From: Candidatus Bathyarchaeia archaeon
GTDB lineage: Archaea; Thermoproteota; Bathyarchaeia; TCS64
Direction of reading: 5' to 3'
DNA length: 64,000 nt
Assembly: GCA_050014495.1 (NCBI GenBank)
Contig: JBEKDF010000009.1
Location: 1 to 64,000, forward strand
Made by a program: the position numbers and the translations under genes. The notes beneath the pieces are model-generated. The model had not been told where the DNA came from and searched no databases. It was given only the letters and a program-made list of their open reading frames with translations. Positions 54,533 through 64,000 of this stretch are shown here, one piece after another; positions within the stretch are counted from its first letter, which is position 1, and every line of letters starts with the position of its first letter.

Positions 54533-56202
54533 CTTCAGCTCCCAGAATCGGGGTCTTTGTCTGTCGCTGCGGTATAAATATCGCCGCTTATGTGGATGTC
54601 CCCGCAGTCGTTGAGTACGCAAAGACACTCCCTGGCGTCACCTATGCAGAGGAAAACATGTATACATGCAGCAGCGATGGCCTAAACAAAATAAAGGAAG
54701 CGATCAAGAAGTACGGTCTAGAACGTATTGTCGTCGCCTCATGCACTCCTCGAACACACGAGCCCCTATTCCAGGCCACCTGCGAGGAGTCAGGGGTGAA
54801 CAAATACCTTTTCGAAATGGCAAATATACGGGACCAGTGTAGTTGGGTTCACCAGAAAGAGCCAGAGAAAGCGACTGAGAAAGCAAAAGACCTAATTAGG
54901 ATGGCTGTTGCAAAAGCTGCTCTCCTCGAGTCAGGCGATGAACCTGAAATCGATGTTACCCCGAGCACCCTCGTCATAGGTGGTGGGGTCTCCGGCATGC
55001 GGGCAGCCCTCAGCATCGCAGACCAAGGATTCAATGTCACTATCGTGGAAAAGGAGTCCACCCTCGGAGGTAAGCTGCGGGGATTCGACAGCCTCTTCCC
55101 ACACAAGCAGAAAGCCTCAGAGGTTCTCATGCCATTAATTACAAGGGTATCCACTCACCCTAGGATCCGGGTTCTGACCAAGAGCACTGTAAAATCTGTC
55201 TACGGCTTCCTTGGGAACTTTGACATAGGTGTTGAGACTCGTCAAGGAGTTGAGGTTCTAAAGGTTGGTACAATAATCGTCGCCGTTGGCGCAGACATAC
55301 TAAAGCCAAAGGGTCTATACTTGTATGGTGAAGACCCACGCGTTGTCACTCAGAGCGAGCTTGAGCAACTTCTTCACAAGGGTGAAGTTGACGCTAAAAT
55401 TGTTGTAATGATCCAGTGCGCAGGCTCACGCAATGAGGAGCACCCCTACTGTAGCCGGATATGTTGTAATGAGGCCGTGAAAAACGCCATTAATATCACT
55501 GAGAAGGAGAGCGATGTCTACATACTCTACCGTGACCTCCAAACCTATGGCATCCACTACTCGCGCCTCGAGCAGGAGGCCAAGAGAAAAGGCGTTAAGT
55601 TCCTAAAATATCAGGCGGAGAGACCGCCGTTGGTCACCTCAGAGCCTGATGGGCTCAAGGTGAGTCTATACAGTCCGACAGTGAACGAGGCCGTGGAGCT
55701 TAGACCCGATATGCTTGTCCTTAGTACCCCACTAGTGCCTGTGGCTGACGCTAAAGAGCTTAGCCAGTTGCTGAAGGTCCCTCTCGACTCAAATGGCTTC
55801 TTCATGGAGGCGCATGTTAAGCTTCGCCCAATAGATTTCGCTACTGATGGTATCTTCATCTGCGGCACTGCCCACAGCCCGAAGGACATTGGAGAGAGTG
55901 TCGCGCAGGCACTGGGCGTGGCGAGCAGGGCCTCAATACCCATGGCTAAGAAGAGGGTACGCACTGCGGCCATCATGAGCCAGGTGGACCAGACGCGATG
56001 CAGTGGTTGCGGCACTTGCCTAGATGTCTGCCCATACAACGCATTGAAGAAAAACGATAAGGGCCTCGCCGAGACCATCGCCGCCGTCTGCAAAGGTTGC
56101 GGAGTATGCGGTGCAACGTGTCCTGAGAAGGCGATAACTATGCACCACTTTACAGACGCACAGATAGAAGCACAGGGCCTAGCCGCCCTAGAGGAGGACT
56201 AG
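54529..56202 (+). CDS. hdrA: HdrA-like protein (N-terminal domain, FAD module, C-terminal ferredoxin)
   Basis: CRCG, SCTP, RDQCSW, GGGVSG, CSRICC, CKGCGVC. Confidence 0.9.
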   Translation: MTSAPRIGVFVCRCGINIAAYVDVPAVVEYAKTLPGVTYAEENMYTCSSDGLNKIKEAIKKYGLERIVVASCTPRTHEPLFQATCEESGVNKYLFEMANIRDQCSWVHQKEPEKATEKAKDLIRMAVAKAALLESGDEPEIDVTPSTLVIGGGVSGMRAALSIADQGFNVTIVEKESTLGGKLRGFDSLFPHKQKASEVLMPLITRVSTHPRIRVLTKSTVKSVYGFLGNFDIGVETRQGVEVLKVGTIIVAVGADILKPKGLYLYGEDPRVVTQSELEQLLHKGEVDAKIVVMIQCAGSRNEEHPYCSRICCNEAVKNAINITEKESDVYILYRDLQTYGIHYSRLEQEAKRKGVKFLKYQAERPPLVTSEPDGLKVSLYSPTVNEAVELRPDMLVLSTPLVPVADAKELSQLLKVPLDSNGFFMEAHVKLRPIDFATDGIFICGTAHSPKDIGESVAQALGVASRASIPMAKKRVRTAAIMSQVDQTRCSGCGTCLDVCPYNALKKNDKGLAETIAAVCKGCGVCGATCPEKAITMHHFTDAQIEAQGLAALEED

Positions 56203-56204
56203 AT

Positions 56205-56972
56205 ATGAGCACATTCGAGCCAAATATAGTTGGCTTCTTATGCAATTGGTGCAGCTACGCTGGAGCAGACCTAGCCGGCGTCAGTCGAATCCAGTACCCC
56301 ACTAACCTGCGCATCATCAAAGTCATGTGTAGTGGGCGTGTCGAGCCTGGGATGGTCCTCGAATTCCTCGAAGCAGGCGCTGACGGGATCATGGTGACAG
56401 GCTGCCACATAGGCGACTGCCACTACATTACCGGGAACCTCCACACGAAGCGGAAATTCGCCCTTCTCCAGAAGCTATTAGCAAAGACAGGTCTCGAGCC
56501 CCAGCGCATAAGGCTCGAATGGAACAGCGCCTCTGAAGGACAGCGCTTCGCCAATCTCGTCAAAGAGTTCACCGAACAAGTACGCGACATCGGCCCGACA
56601 CCCCTAAAAGCACCGAAACCAGACGCTGCGAAGCTCCTTAACCTCCGAGCTGCGAAGGCAGCAGCGGATGCCTTCAGGCTCCGCGCCCTTGTTGGTAAGG
56701 AAGAGAAGCTCGTGACCACAGGCAACGTCTACGGTGAGAAGATCACTCAGGATGAGTTCACGAAGACGATGGATAGCGCCGTCGAGACTGAGTTCCAGGT
56801 CCACCGTATACACATTCTACTTCAGGAGAGGTCGAGGTCTGTGAAGGACTTAGCAAATCAGCTCAGTTTGCAGCCTAGGACCGTACTCGGGTATATGGTT
56901 GCTCTTAGGCAGAGAGGCTGGGTCGACGTCAAGGAGACCGTGGAGGGAACACCCCTCTACGCGGCGCAGTGA
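56205..56972 (+). CDS. mvhD: MvhD with C-terminal wHTH-like extension
   Basis: FLCNWCSY, MCSGR, GCHIGDCHY, then SVKDLANQLSL...LRQRGWV. Confidence 0.88.
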   Translation: MSTFEPNIVGFLCNWCSYAGADLAGVSRIQYPTNLRIIKVMCSGRVEPGMVLEFLEAGADGIMVTGCHIGDCHYITGNLHTKRKFALLQKLLAKTGLEPQRIRLEWNSASEGQRFANLVKEFTEQVRDIGPTPLKAPKPDAAKLLNLRAAKAAADAFRLRALVGKEEKLVTTGNVYGEKITQDEFTKTMDSAVETEFQVHRIHILLQERSRSVKDLANQLSLQPRTVLGYMVALRQRGWVDVKETVEGTPLYAAQ

Positions 56973-56983
56973 GGCGATTATTT

Positions 56984-59900
56984 ATGAAGAAAACAGGCAG
57001 TGTAATGGTCGTCGGCGGAGGCATAGCGGGTATTCAAGCTGCTTTGGACCTCGCTGACTCCGGCTTCAAGGTCTACATAGTTGAGCGGGAGCCGAGCATC
57101 GGTGGAGTCATGACGCAGCTAGATAAGACATTCCCCACGAACGACTGCGCAATGTGCATACTCGCCCCCAAGCTTGTAAGTGCAGGGCGCCATCCAAATA
57201 TACAGCTCCTAACCTACAGCGAGATCAAGTCGCTCCAAGGCAAGGAAGGCAACTTTACCGCGACCATTCTCAAGAAGGCGCGCCATGTTGACCCTGCCAA
57301 ATGCAAGGGTTGTGGCGACTGCGCCACCAAGTGCCCAACATCCGCCATAGACACATACAATGCTAACCTCAACGACCGCAAAGCAGTGTACATACGCTTC
57401 AGCCAGGCCGTCCCACTTACATATGCGATCGACAAAGACAAATGCCTCGGCTGCGGCATATGCAGCGAAGTCTGCAAGGCCGATGCCATAAAATACGACG
57501 ACGTCGACGAGGAGTTGAAACTCAATGTCGGCTCCGTCATACTCGCCCCCGGCTTCGAGGCATTTGACCCCTCAAAGCTCAGCGAGCTAGGCTACGGCAG
57601 ATATCCGAACGTAGTTAGCAGCATTGAGTTCGAGCGTATACTCAGCGCCACAGGGCCCTACCGGGGAGTCGTCCTTCGTCCGAGCGATGGCGACATGCCC
57701 AAGAAGGTCGCATTCCTCCAGTGCGTGGGTAGCCGAGACGCCCGTGTTGGCAACCCTTACTGCAGCGGTGTCTGCTGCATGTACGCTATAAAGGAGGCCG
57801 TCATCGCACAAGAGCATAATCCCGGCCTCGAGGCTAGCGTCTTCTTCATGGACATACGCGCCTTCGGCAAGGAATTTGACGACTACTATACACGCGCTGA
57901 GCACGAGCACGGAATCAAATTCATCAGGAGCCGCGTTGGCCACATCGAGCAGGACCCGGATACCGATAGCCTCAACCTGACTTACGAAGAGGGTGGCGAG
58001 GTCAAGCAGAATCGCTACGACATGGTGGTCCTGGGTGTGGGTCTCAACCCGCCGAAGAGCGCGGAGCAGCTCAGTAAGGCGATAGGCTTCACACTCAACA
58101 AATATGGGTTCGCAGAGACCAAGCTCTTCAGCCCGCTGGAGACGAGCAGGAAGGGTGTCTACGTCTGCGGGGCATTCAGTAGCCCGAAGGACATCCCCGA
58201 CAGCGTCGCACAGGCAAGTGGCGCAGCCGCGAAAGCAGCTAAGGCGATCTCCAGTGTTCGTGGGACGCAGGTTAATCCCATTATGTTCCCAACGGAGCGC
58301 GACATCGCCAACGAGGAGCCACGCGTCGGCGTCTTCGTCTGCTGGTGCGGGATAAACATTGGCGGCGTAGTCAACGTCCCGAGCGTCGCGGCATATGCGA
58401 AGAAGCTCCCCCACGTAGCATATGCAGAGGAGAACCTCTACACATGCAGCCAGGACACACAGGACAGGATCAAGAACACCATCATTGAGTACAAGCTCAA
58501 CCGCGTTGTCGTCGCCTCATGCACCCCAAGGACACATGAGCCACTCTTTAGAGCCACCCTAAGGGAGGCGGGCCTCAACGAGTATCTCTTCGAGATGGCG
58601 AACATACGCGATCAGTGCAGCTGGGTACACATGCACGAGAAGGAAGCCGCAACAAAAAAAGCTGAGGACCTTATCAGGATGGCGGTCGCCAAAGCGAGCC
58701 TCCTCCAACCACTTGAGAAGCATAAGATACACGTCACACCAGGAGCACTCATCGTCGGCGGTGGCGTAAGCGGTATGACTGTCGCCCTCGAAATCGCAGA
58801 CCAGGGCTACGAGGTCCACCTCGTTGAGAAGGAAGCTGAGCTAGGCGGTAACATGAAGAGGATTAAGTTCCTCCCATCGGGGGAAGATCCTGCCGCGGAG
58901 CTGGCTAAGCTCGAGGCGCGAGTAAGGAAAAACCCTAATATCCGGCTCTACACGGGAACGCAGGTCGTAGAGATAGACGGCTACGTCGGCAACTTCGAGA
59001 CTACCCTTGTCAGTACAGAGAAGGAGACACAGATCAAGCACGGCGTAGTGATCGTAGCCACCGGCGGGGTGGAATACACGCCAAAGGAGTACGAATATGG
59101 CAAGCACCCCGACGTCATGACTCAATTCCAGTTAGAGGAAAGGCTCCACGGAGGCTACAAGCCCAACACAGTAGTTATGATCCAGTGCGTAGGCAGCCGT
59201 AATGAGGAGCACCCGAACTGCAGCCGTGTTTGCTGCACCGGCGCTGTTAACAACGCCCTAAAGGTCAAGGAGGCAAACCCCGCAGCAGACATCTACATCC
59301 TCTACAAGGACATGAGGACATACGGCTTCAAGGAGGACTACTACCGGGCCGCTGCAAACAAAGGTGTCATATTCATCAGATACGACGACGGGCACAAGCC
59401 CGAGGTCCTAGCTCAAGGTGGCCTCAAGGTGAAGGTACTCGATCTCGTCCTAATGGAGAACGTGGTCATCGAGCCCGACGCCCTCGTGCTCAGCGCGGGT
59501 GTACTACCCGCCGCTGACAATAAGCGCCTCGCGGGGATGCTCAAGGTACCTATCAGCAAGGACGGCTTCTTCCTAGAGGCACATATGAAGTTGCGCCCCC
59601 TTGACTTCGCGACGGAGGGCGTCTACCTCTGCGGTTTAGCACACGGCCCAAAGACCATCGATGAGTGCATAAGTCAGGCCAGTGGCGCCGCTGCGAGGGC
59701 GCTGACCATCCTAAGCCACGACGAGATCGAGGCCGAGGGCGCCATTGCCAGCGTCGATGAGGATGCCTGCAGCGGCTGCCAGATGTGCGCCGCCGTCTGC
59801 GAGTTCAAGGCGATAGAGATGGTGAAGAAAGGCGACAAGATACACAGCCACGTCATCGCCGAGGTCTGCAAGGGTTGCGGAGTCTGCGCAGCCACTTGCC

Positions 59901-59986
59901 CGAGTGGGGCAATCACGGTCGGGCACTTCACAGATCTTGAGATACTTAGCCAGGTGAAGGCCGCCTTAGAGGAGGCGAAGCAATGA
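56984..59986 (+). CDS. hdrA: large two-module HdrA
   Basis: Two GGG-FAD modules collinear with 53225 plus 54529. Start taken at ATG 56984. Confidence 0.93.
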   Translation: MKKTGSVMVVGGGIAGIQAALDLADSGFKVYIVEREPSIGGVMTQLDKTFPTNDCAMCILAPKLVSAGRHPNIQLLTYSEIKSLQGKEGNFTATILKKARHVDPAKCKGCGDCATKCPTSAIDTYNANLNDRKAVYIRFSQAVPLTYAIDKDKCLGCGICSEVCKADAIKYDDVDEELKLNVGSVILAPGFEAFDPSKLSELGYGRYPNVVSSIEFERILSATGPYRGVVLRPSDGDMPKKVAFLQCVGSRDARVGNPYCSGVCCMYAIKEAVIAQEHNPGLEASVFFMDIRAFGKEFDDYYTRAEHEHGIKFIRSRVGHIEQDPDTDSLNLTYEEGGEVKQNRYDMVVLGVGLNPPKSAEQLSKAIGFTLNKYGFAETKLFSPLETSRKGVYVCGAFSSPKDIPDSVAQASGAAAKAAKAISSVRGTQVNPIMFPTERDIANEEPRVGVFVCWCGINIGGVVNVPSVAAYAKKLPHVAYAEENLYTCSQDTQDRIKNTIIEYKLNRVVVASCTPRTHEPLFRATLREAGLNEYLFEMANIRDQCSWVHMHEKEAATKKAEDLIRMAVAKASLLQPLEKHKIHVTPGALIVGGGVSGMTVALEIADQGYEVHLVEKEAELGGNMKRIKFLPSGEDPAAELAKLEARVRKNPNIRLYTGTQVVEIDGYVGNFETTLVSTEKETQIKHGVVIVATGGVEYTPKEYEYGKHPDVMTQFQLEERLHGGYKPNTVVMIQCVGSRNEEHPNCSRVCCTGAVNNALKVKEANPAADIYILYKDMRTYGFKEDYYRAAANKGVIFIRYDDGHKPEVLAQGGLKVKVLDLVLMENVVIEPDALVLSAGVLPAADNKRLAGMLKVPISKDGFFLEAHMKLRPLDFATEGVYLCGLAHGPKTIDECISQASGAAARALTILSHDEIEAEGAIASVDEDACSGCQMCAAVCEFKAIEMVKKGDKIHSHVIAEVCKGCGVCAATCPSGAITVGHFTDLEILSQVKAALEEAKQ

Positions 59987-60414
59987 GCGAATACGAGCCC
60001 AAGCTAGTCGGCTTCCTCTGCAACTGGTGCAGCTACGCTGGCGCAGACCTCGCCGGAGTCAGCAGGTTCCAGTACCCGACTAGCCTGCGTATAATACGAG
60101 TCATGTGCAGCGGCAGGGTCCACCCCGCACACATATTGGAAGCTTTCAAGGATGGTGCCGACGGCGTCTTAGTCGCAGGGTGTCACACCCCAAGCGACTG
60201 CCACTATATCTCGGGAAACTTCAAGGCGCAGCGGCGTGTGGCCATGGTCAAAAAGCTCATGGAGCAGCTTGGCATCGACCCAGAGAGGCTTCGCCTCGAG
60301 TGGATAAGCGCAGCCGAGGGAGAAAAATTCGCGAAGACCATAAGGGAGATGACAGAGGACCTGAAGAAGCTTGGTCCGAGCCCGGTCGTTAAGTCCCTTA
60401 GGAAGGCTGACTGA
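59983..60414 (+). CDS. mvhD: MvhD [2Fe-2S] subunit
   Basis: FLCNWCSY, MCSGR, GCH..DCHY. Confidence 0.94.
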   Translation: MSEYEPKLVGFLCNWCSYAGADLAGVSRFQYPTSLRIIRVMCSGRVHPAHILEAFKDGADGVLVAGCHTPSDCHYISGNFKAQRRVAMVKKLMEQLGIDPERLRLEWISAAEGEKFAKTIREMTEDLKKLGPSPVVKSLRKAD

Positions 60415-60415
60415 C

Positions 60416-60925
60416 ATGGAACAATCTGAGATAAGGATCACCACCGAGGGGAAAGAGTTCAGGAACGAGGTGATGGCGACCCACGGCGCGGACAAGTTGA
60501 TGCTGTGCTATCAGTGCGGCACGTGCAGCAGCGACTGCCCGGTAGCTAAAAGAGTCCCTGAGTTCCGCCCACGTAACATCGCTCGCTTAGCCATCTATGG
60601 GCAGAAGAACCGCCTCCTCGACGGCGACCTCGTCTGGCTATGCGCTGGTTGCTACACCTGCTACGAGAGGTGCCCCCAGAAGGTGCACGTTAGCGAGATA
60701 GTATCCGCCCTCAGGCAGCTAGCCCTAAGGGAGGGTAAGCTGCATCCCACAATCAAGTCTATAGTCACAAGCATCCCTAGGCTCGGATACATCAGCGAAA
60801 TCGGTGAGTTTGAGAACGAGATGCGAGGCGAGGACGGGCTACCACCCGCACCCACTCCCGCCACAGAGGAGATCAAAGCTATAATGAAGAAGACCGGCAT
60901 CCTCAGCCGCGTCGGGGGCGAGTAG
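60416..60925 (+). CDS. hdrC: HdrC-like protein
   Basis: CYQCGTCSSDCP, WLCAGCYTCYERCP. Start at ATG 60416. Confidence 0.9.
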   Translation: MEQSEIRITTEGKEFRNEVMATHGADKLMLCYQCGTCSSDCPVAKRVPEFRPRNIARLAIYGQKNRLLDGDLVWLCAGCYTCYERCPQKVHVSEIVSALRQLALREGKLHPTIKSIVTSIPRLGYISEIGEFENEMRGEDGLPPAPTPATEEIKAIMKKTGILSRVGGE

Positions 60926-60927
60926 AG

Positions 60928-61788
60928 ATGGAGTACGCCTTCTTCGTCGGATGCACCGTGTTGAGTAGGTTACCCGGCTACGAGAAGTCCGCACGCAAGG
61001 TAGCGGAGAAGCTGGGTGTCGAGCTCGTCGACATGCCCGGCTCAAGCTGCTGCGGTACAACTTATATGGAGACCCTGGACCGTAAGACGGCCCTCGCCCT
61101 CGCAGCACGTAACATCGCGATAGCGGAGGAGATGGGCCTTGACATAGTCACTGTATGCAATGGCTGCACCGAGAACCTCACAAAGACAAACAAGACGCTC
61201 AAGGAGGACCCTACGCTCCGAGCCGAGGTCAATGAGATACTCAAGGATACCGGCAAACAGTTCAAGGGCACCGTCAACGTCAAACACTATGTTAGGATGC
61301 TCAAGGAGGATGTCGGCCTCGACAAGGTCAAGGCAGCATCCGTGAAGCCATTCAAGGGCCTCAGAGTGGGTGCCCACTACGGTTGCCACCTCCTAAAGCC
61401 TAGCGACGAGATGCTCTTCGAGGACCCTAACGACCCAAAGGTGCTCGATGACCTGATCCACGTCACTGGTGCGGAGAGCATCGACTACCCGGGCAAGACT
61501 GAGTGTTGCGCCGGCCCTGTGATGGGCATCAGGGAGAAGGTTACGTGGGATGTCGGTATGGGAAAGGTCGAGACCGTCAAGAGGTACGCCGACGCCATGA
61601 CGACCTGCTGCCCATTCTGCTACATAACATATGAGAGATGCCAGTTCATGACTGAGAACAATCCAGGCCTCCCAGTCGTCCACATCACCCAGCTACTCGG
61701 CCTCGCAATGGGCCTCTCAGCTGAAGAGGTTGGGTTGAGCTCAAACAAGGTGGATGCCAGCGTGCTTCTGGCGAAGCAGGAGACATAA
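60928..61788 (+). CDS. hdrB: HdrB-like protein
   Basis: FVGC, CCG, CNGC, YGCH, CCAG, CPFC. Confidence 0.92.
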   Translation: MEYAFFVGCTVLSRLPGYEKSARKVAEKLGVELVDMPGSSCCGTTYMETLDRKTALALAARNIAIAEEMGLDIVTVCNGCTENLTKTNKTLKEDPTLRAEVNEILKDTGKQFKGTVNVKHYVRMLKEDVGLDKVKAASVKPFKGLRVGAHYGCHLLKPSDEMLFEDPNDPKVLDDLIHVTGAESIDYPGKTECCAGPVMGIREKVTWDVGMGKVETVKRYADAMTTCCPFCYITYERCQFMTENNPGLPVVHITQLLGLAMGLSAEEVGLSSNKVDASVLLAKQET

Positions 61789-61790
61789 CA

Positions 61791-62759
61791 ATGGAGAAGC
61801 TCAAGTTCGGGTTCTACTGGGCAGCAAGTTGCGGAGGCTGCGAGATCGCCGTCCTGGACATCGACGAGAAGATACTCGATGTGATGCAGATCGCAGACAT
61901 CGTCTTCTGGCCCGTAGCCATGGATGTGAAGTATAAAGACGTCGAGGCCATGGCGGACGGCTACATGGATGTCTGCTTCTTCAACGGGGGCATACGCAAC
62001 TCGGAGCAAGAACACCTAGCGAAGATGCTGCGCAAGAAGTCGAAGTACATCGTTGCTTTCGGCGTTTGCGCCCAGCTAGGCGGAGTCCCCGGTCTCGCAA
62101 ACCTCAGCAACAGGAAAGATATCTTCGAAAGGGTATATCACACAACGGAGTCGACGGACAACATCGCAAATACGGAGCCGCAGACCAAGCACACACTCCC
62201 CGAGGGTAGCTCCGAGATACCTGTCTTTCAGGAGACCGTCAAACCCCTAGACCATGTCATATCCGTCGACTACTATCTCCCCGGTTGCCCGCCGCCACCT
62301 AAACTCATCTTCAACGCAATCGACGCCATCGCGAAGGGCCAACTACCCAAGAAGGGCAGTATTCTCGCCCCTGAGCTCGCCGTCTGCGATGAATGCCCCA
62401 GGAAGAAGGAGGAGAAGAAGATATCCTCCATCAAGAGGATCATCGACTTCACACCCGAGCCAGAGAAGTGTCTGCTAGAGCAGGGACTCGTCTGCATGGG
62501 CCCAGCCACACGTGGGGGATGCGACGCGAAGTGCCTCGGCGCGAACATGCCCTGCACAGGCTGCGGAGGAGCATGCCCAGGAGCCATAGAGCAGGGATCA
62601 GCCATGATCAGCGCCCTCTCTACTGTTCTCGGCATCGACGACGAGAAAGGCGAGGGCTACGATGTAGACGCCGTAGTGGCGCAGCTGAAGGATCCCGTCG
62701 GGACCTTCTACAAGTACGCGTTACCAGCTTCAATTATAGGTAGGAGAATCAAAAAATGA
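61791..62759 (+). CDS. mvhG: [NiFe]-hydrogenase small subunit (MvhG-like)
   Basis: SCGGC, FGVCA, PGCPP, CDECP, CLL..CMGP..C..C..CTGC. Confidence 0.92.
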   Translation: MEKLKFGFYWAASCGGCEIAVLDIDEKILDVMQIADIVFWPVAMDVKYKDVEAMADGYMDVCFFNGGIRNSEQEHLAKMLRKKSKYIVAFGVCAQLGGVPGLANLSNRKDIFERVYHTTESTDNIANTEPQTKHTLPEGSSEIPVFQETVKPLDHVISVDYYLPGCPPPPKLIFNAIDAIAKGQLPKKGSILAPELAVCDECPRKKEEKKISSIKRIIDFTPEPEKCLLEQGLVCMGPATRGGCDAKCLGANMPCTGCGGACPGAIEQGSAMISALSTVLGIDDEKGEGYDVDAVVAQLKDPVGTFYKYALPASIIGRRIKK

Positions 62760-64000
62760 AGACCATAACAATCGACCCCATCACGCGGCTAGAGGGCCAT
62801 GGAAAGATCAGCATCTTCCTCAATGACCAGGGCAATGTGGAGAACGCCTACCTACAGATTCCAGAGCTTCGCGGCTTTGAGAAGTTCTGTGAAGGTCGCA
62901 GAGCGGAGGATATGCCAATAATCACTCCCCGTATCTGCGGAGTCTGCCCCGTAGCCCACCATTACGCTGCAACTAAGGCACTGGACGCCTGCTTTAACGT
63001 CGAGCCAACCGAGACGGCGAAGAAGCTCAGGGAGCTGATGTATACTGGCTACATCATCTACGACCACACTCTCCACTTCTACTTCCTGGGAGGTCCAGAC
63101 TTCGTCGTTGGCCCAGATGCTCCCCCCTCGGAGAGGAATATCTTCGGTGTCCTCAAGCGGGTAGGTCTCGACGTCGGCAGGGATGTGATAAAGCACCGTG
63201 CGTACGGACAGAGGATAACCGAGATCATCGGTGGGAAGGCGACTCACCCAACTTGTGGAGTCCCCGGCGGCATAAGTAAGGGACTCACCGAAGAGGAGAG
63301 AAACAAGATCGAGGAAATGGCGCGGAGCAGTGTGGAGTTCGCGAAATTCACACTCAGCGTCTTCAATGACATAGTGCTCAAGAATAAGCAGTATGTTGAC
63401 ATGATCTTCAGCGACCCCTACCGCTTAGATGCCTACAACATGGGCCTAGTTGACGAAAATAACCACGTCAACTTCTATGATGGTGACATCAGAGTAACCG
63501 ATCAGCAGGGTGAGGAGCTCGAACGATTCAAGGCTGCCGACTATCTCGACCATATCGCCGAGCGTGTCGAGTCGTGGACCTACAGCAAGTTCACTTACCT
63601 TAAGAAGGTGGGGTGGAGGGGGCTCACAGCGGGGCCGGAGAGTGGTATATACCGCGTCGGTCCATTGGGTAGGCTCAACGCGTCAGAGGGCATGGCAACG
63701 CCGCTGGCGAATGCGGAGTACAAGAGGATGTACGAGACTCTAGGCGGTAAGCCAGTCCAATCGACCCTCGCATTCCACTGGGCCCGCCTAGTGGAACTTC
63801 TATACGCAGCTGAGCGCTCCCTCGAGCTCAGTACCGACCCATCGATAACAAAGTCCGACCTTCGTAACCCCATAGGGAAGCCCGGCGAAGGCATCGGGGT
63901 CGTCGAGGCCGCTCGCGGCACACTCTTCCACCACTACAAGCTCGACGATGACGCGATGGTGAAGAAGGCGAACCTCATAGTGGCAACCACGAACAACTAC
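62756..64000 (+). CDS. mvhA: [NiFe]-hydrogenase large subunit (MvhA-like), truncated by the window edge
   Basis: [16 protein letters not shown]...RGFE...RICGVC...EAARG. Open to the end of the window. Confidence 0.93.
   Translation, partial: MKTITIDPITRLEGHGKISIFLNDQGNVENAYLQIPELRGFEKFCEGRRAEDMPIITPRICGVCPVAHHYAATKALDACFNVEPTETAKKLRELMYTGYIIYDHTLHFYFLGGPDFVVGPDAPPSERNIFGVLKRVGLDVGRDVIKHRAYGQRITEIIGGKATHPTCGVPGGISKGLTEEERNKIEEMARSSVEFAKFTLSVFNDIVLKNKQYVDMIFSDPYRLDAYNMGLVDENNHVNFYDGDIRVTDQQGEELERFKAADYLDHIAERVESWTYSKFTYLKKVGWRGLTAGPESGIYRVGPLGRLNASEGMATPLANAEYKRMYETLGGKPVQSTLAFHWARLVELLYAAERSLELSTDPSITKSDLRNPIGKPGEGIGVVEAARGTLFHHYKLDDDAMVKKANLIVATTNNY

Noticed and set aside
53225..62759. Selenocysteine read-through in hdrA/mvhD/mvhG
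   Set aside because: The expected ligand positions are ordinary Cys codons, and the TGA stops fall at normal gene ends, mostly overlapping the next start.
44796..63921. Numerous long antisense ORFs across the Hdr cluster
   Set aside because: Shadows of GC3-rich sense genes, with no independent motifs.

Overview
Archaeal genomic DNA (Alba, Cbf5, archaeosortase, many Hdr/Mvh genes; a Bathyarchaeia-like host is my inference). There are three zones. (1) 1-12981 is a decaying accessory/defence island with IS5 remnants, gene fragments, a solo WYL-like protein, an OLD-family ATPase-TOPRIM nuclease and an intact nurA-herA-mre11-rad50 operon. Its Rad50 carries a hydrophobic helical hairpin at the coiled-coil apex instead of a CxxC zinc hook. 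(2) 12982-25250 is a ~12.3 kb element integrated in the 3' end of tRNA-Gln(TTG), bounded by a 17-bp direct repeat. It encodes two tyrosine recombinases, a P-loop replication-type ATPase whose core is bracketed by a 38-bp inverted repeat, a Cas4-like nuclease, a Cren7-like Zn-ribbon protein, RHH/wHTH regulators and a PIN/AbrB pair, and it contains a repeat-rich non-coding tract. No capsid or conjugation genes are recognisable. (3) 25.3-64 kb is core and metabolic: cbf5, class III RNR with a glutaredoxin-like gene and a divergent CARF-like regulator, amidase, archaeosortase, Alba and a candidate ~130-nt structured ncRNA. It ends in a large fumarase / fumarate-reductase-like / malic enzyme / HdrABC-MvhDGA cluster that runs off the right edge. 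Across the window, short alternating (CG)n tracts repeatedly sit at the edges of truncated genes. All assignments come from reading motifs by eye; no searches were run.
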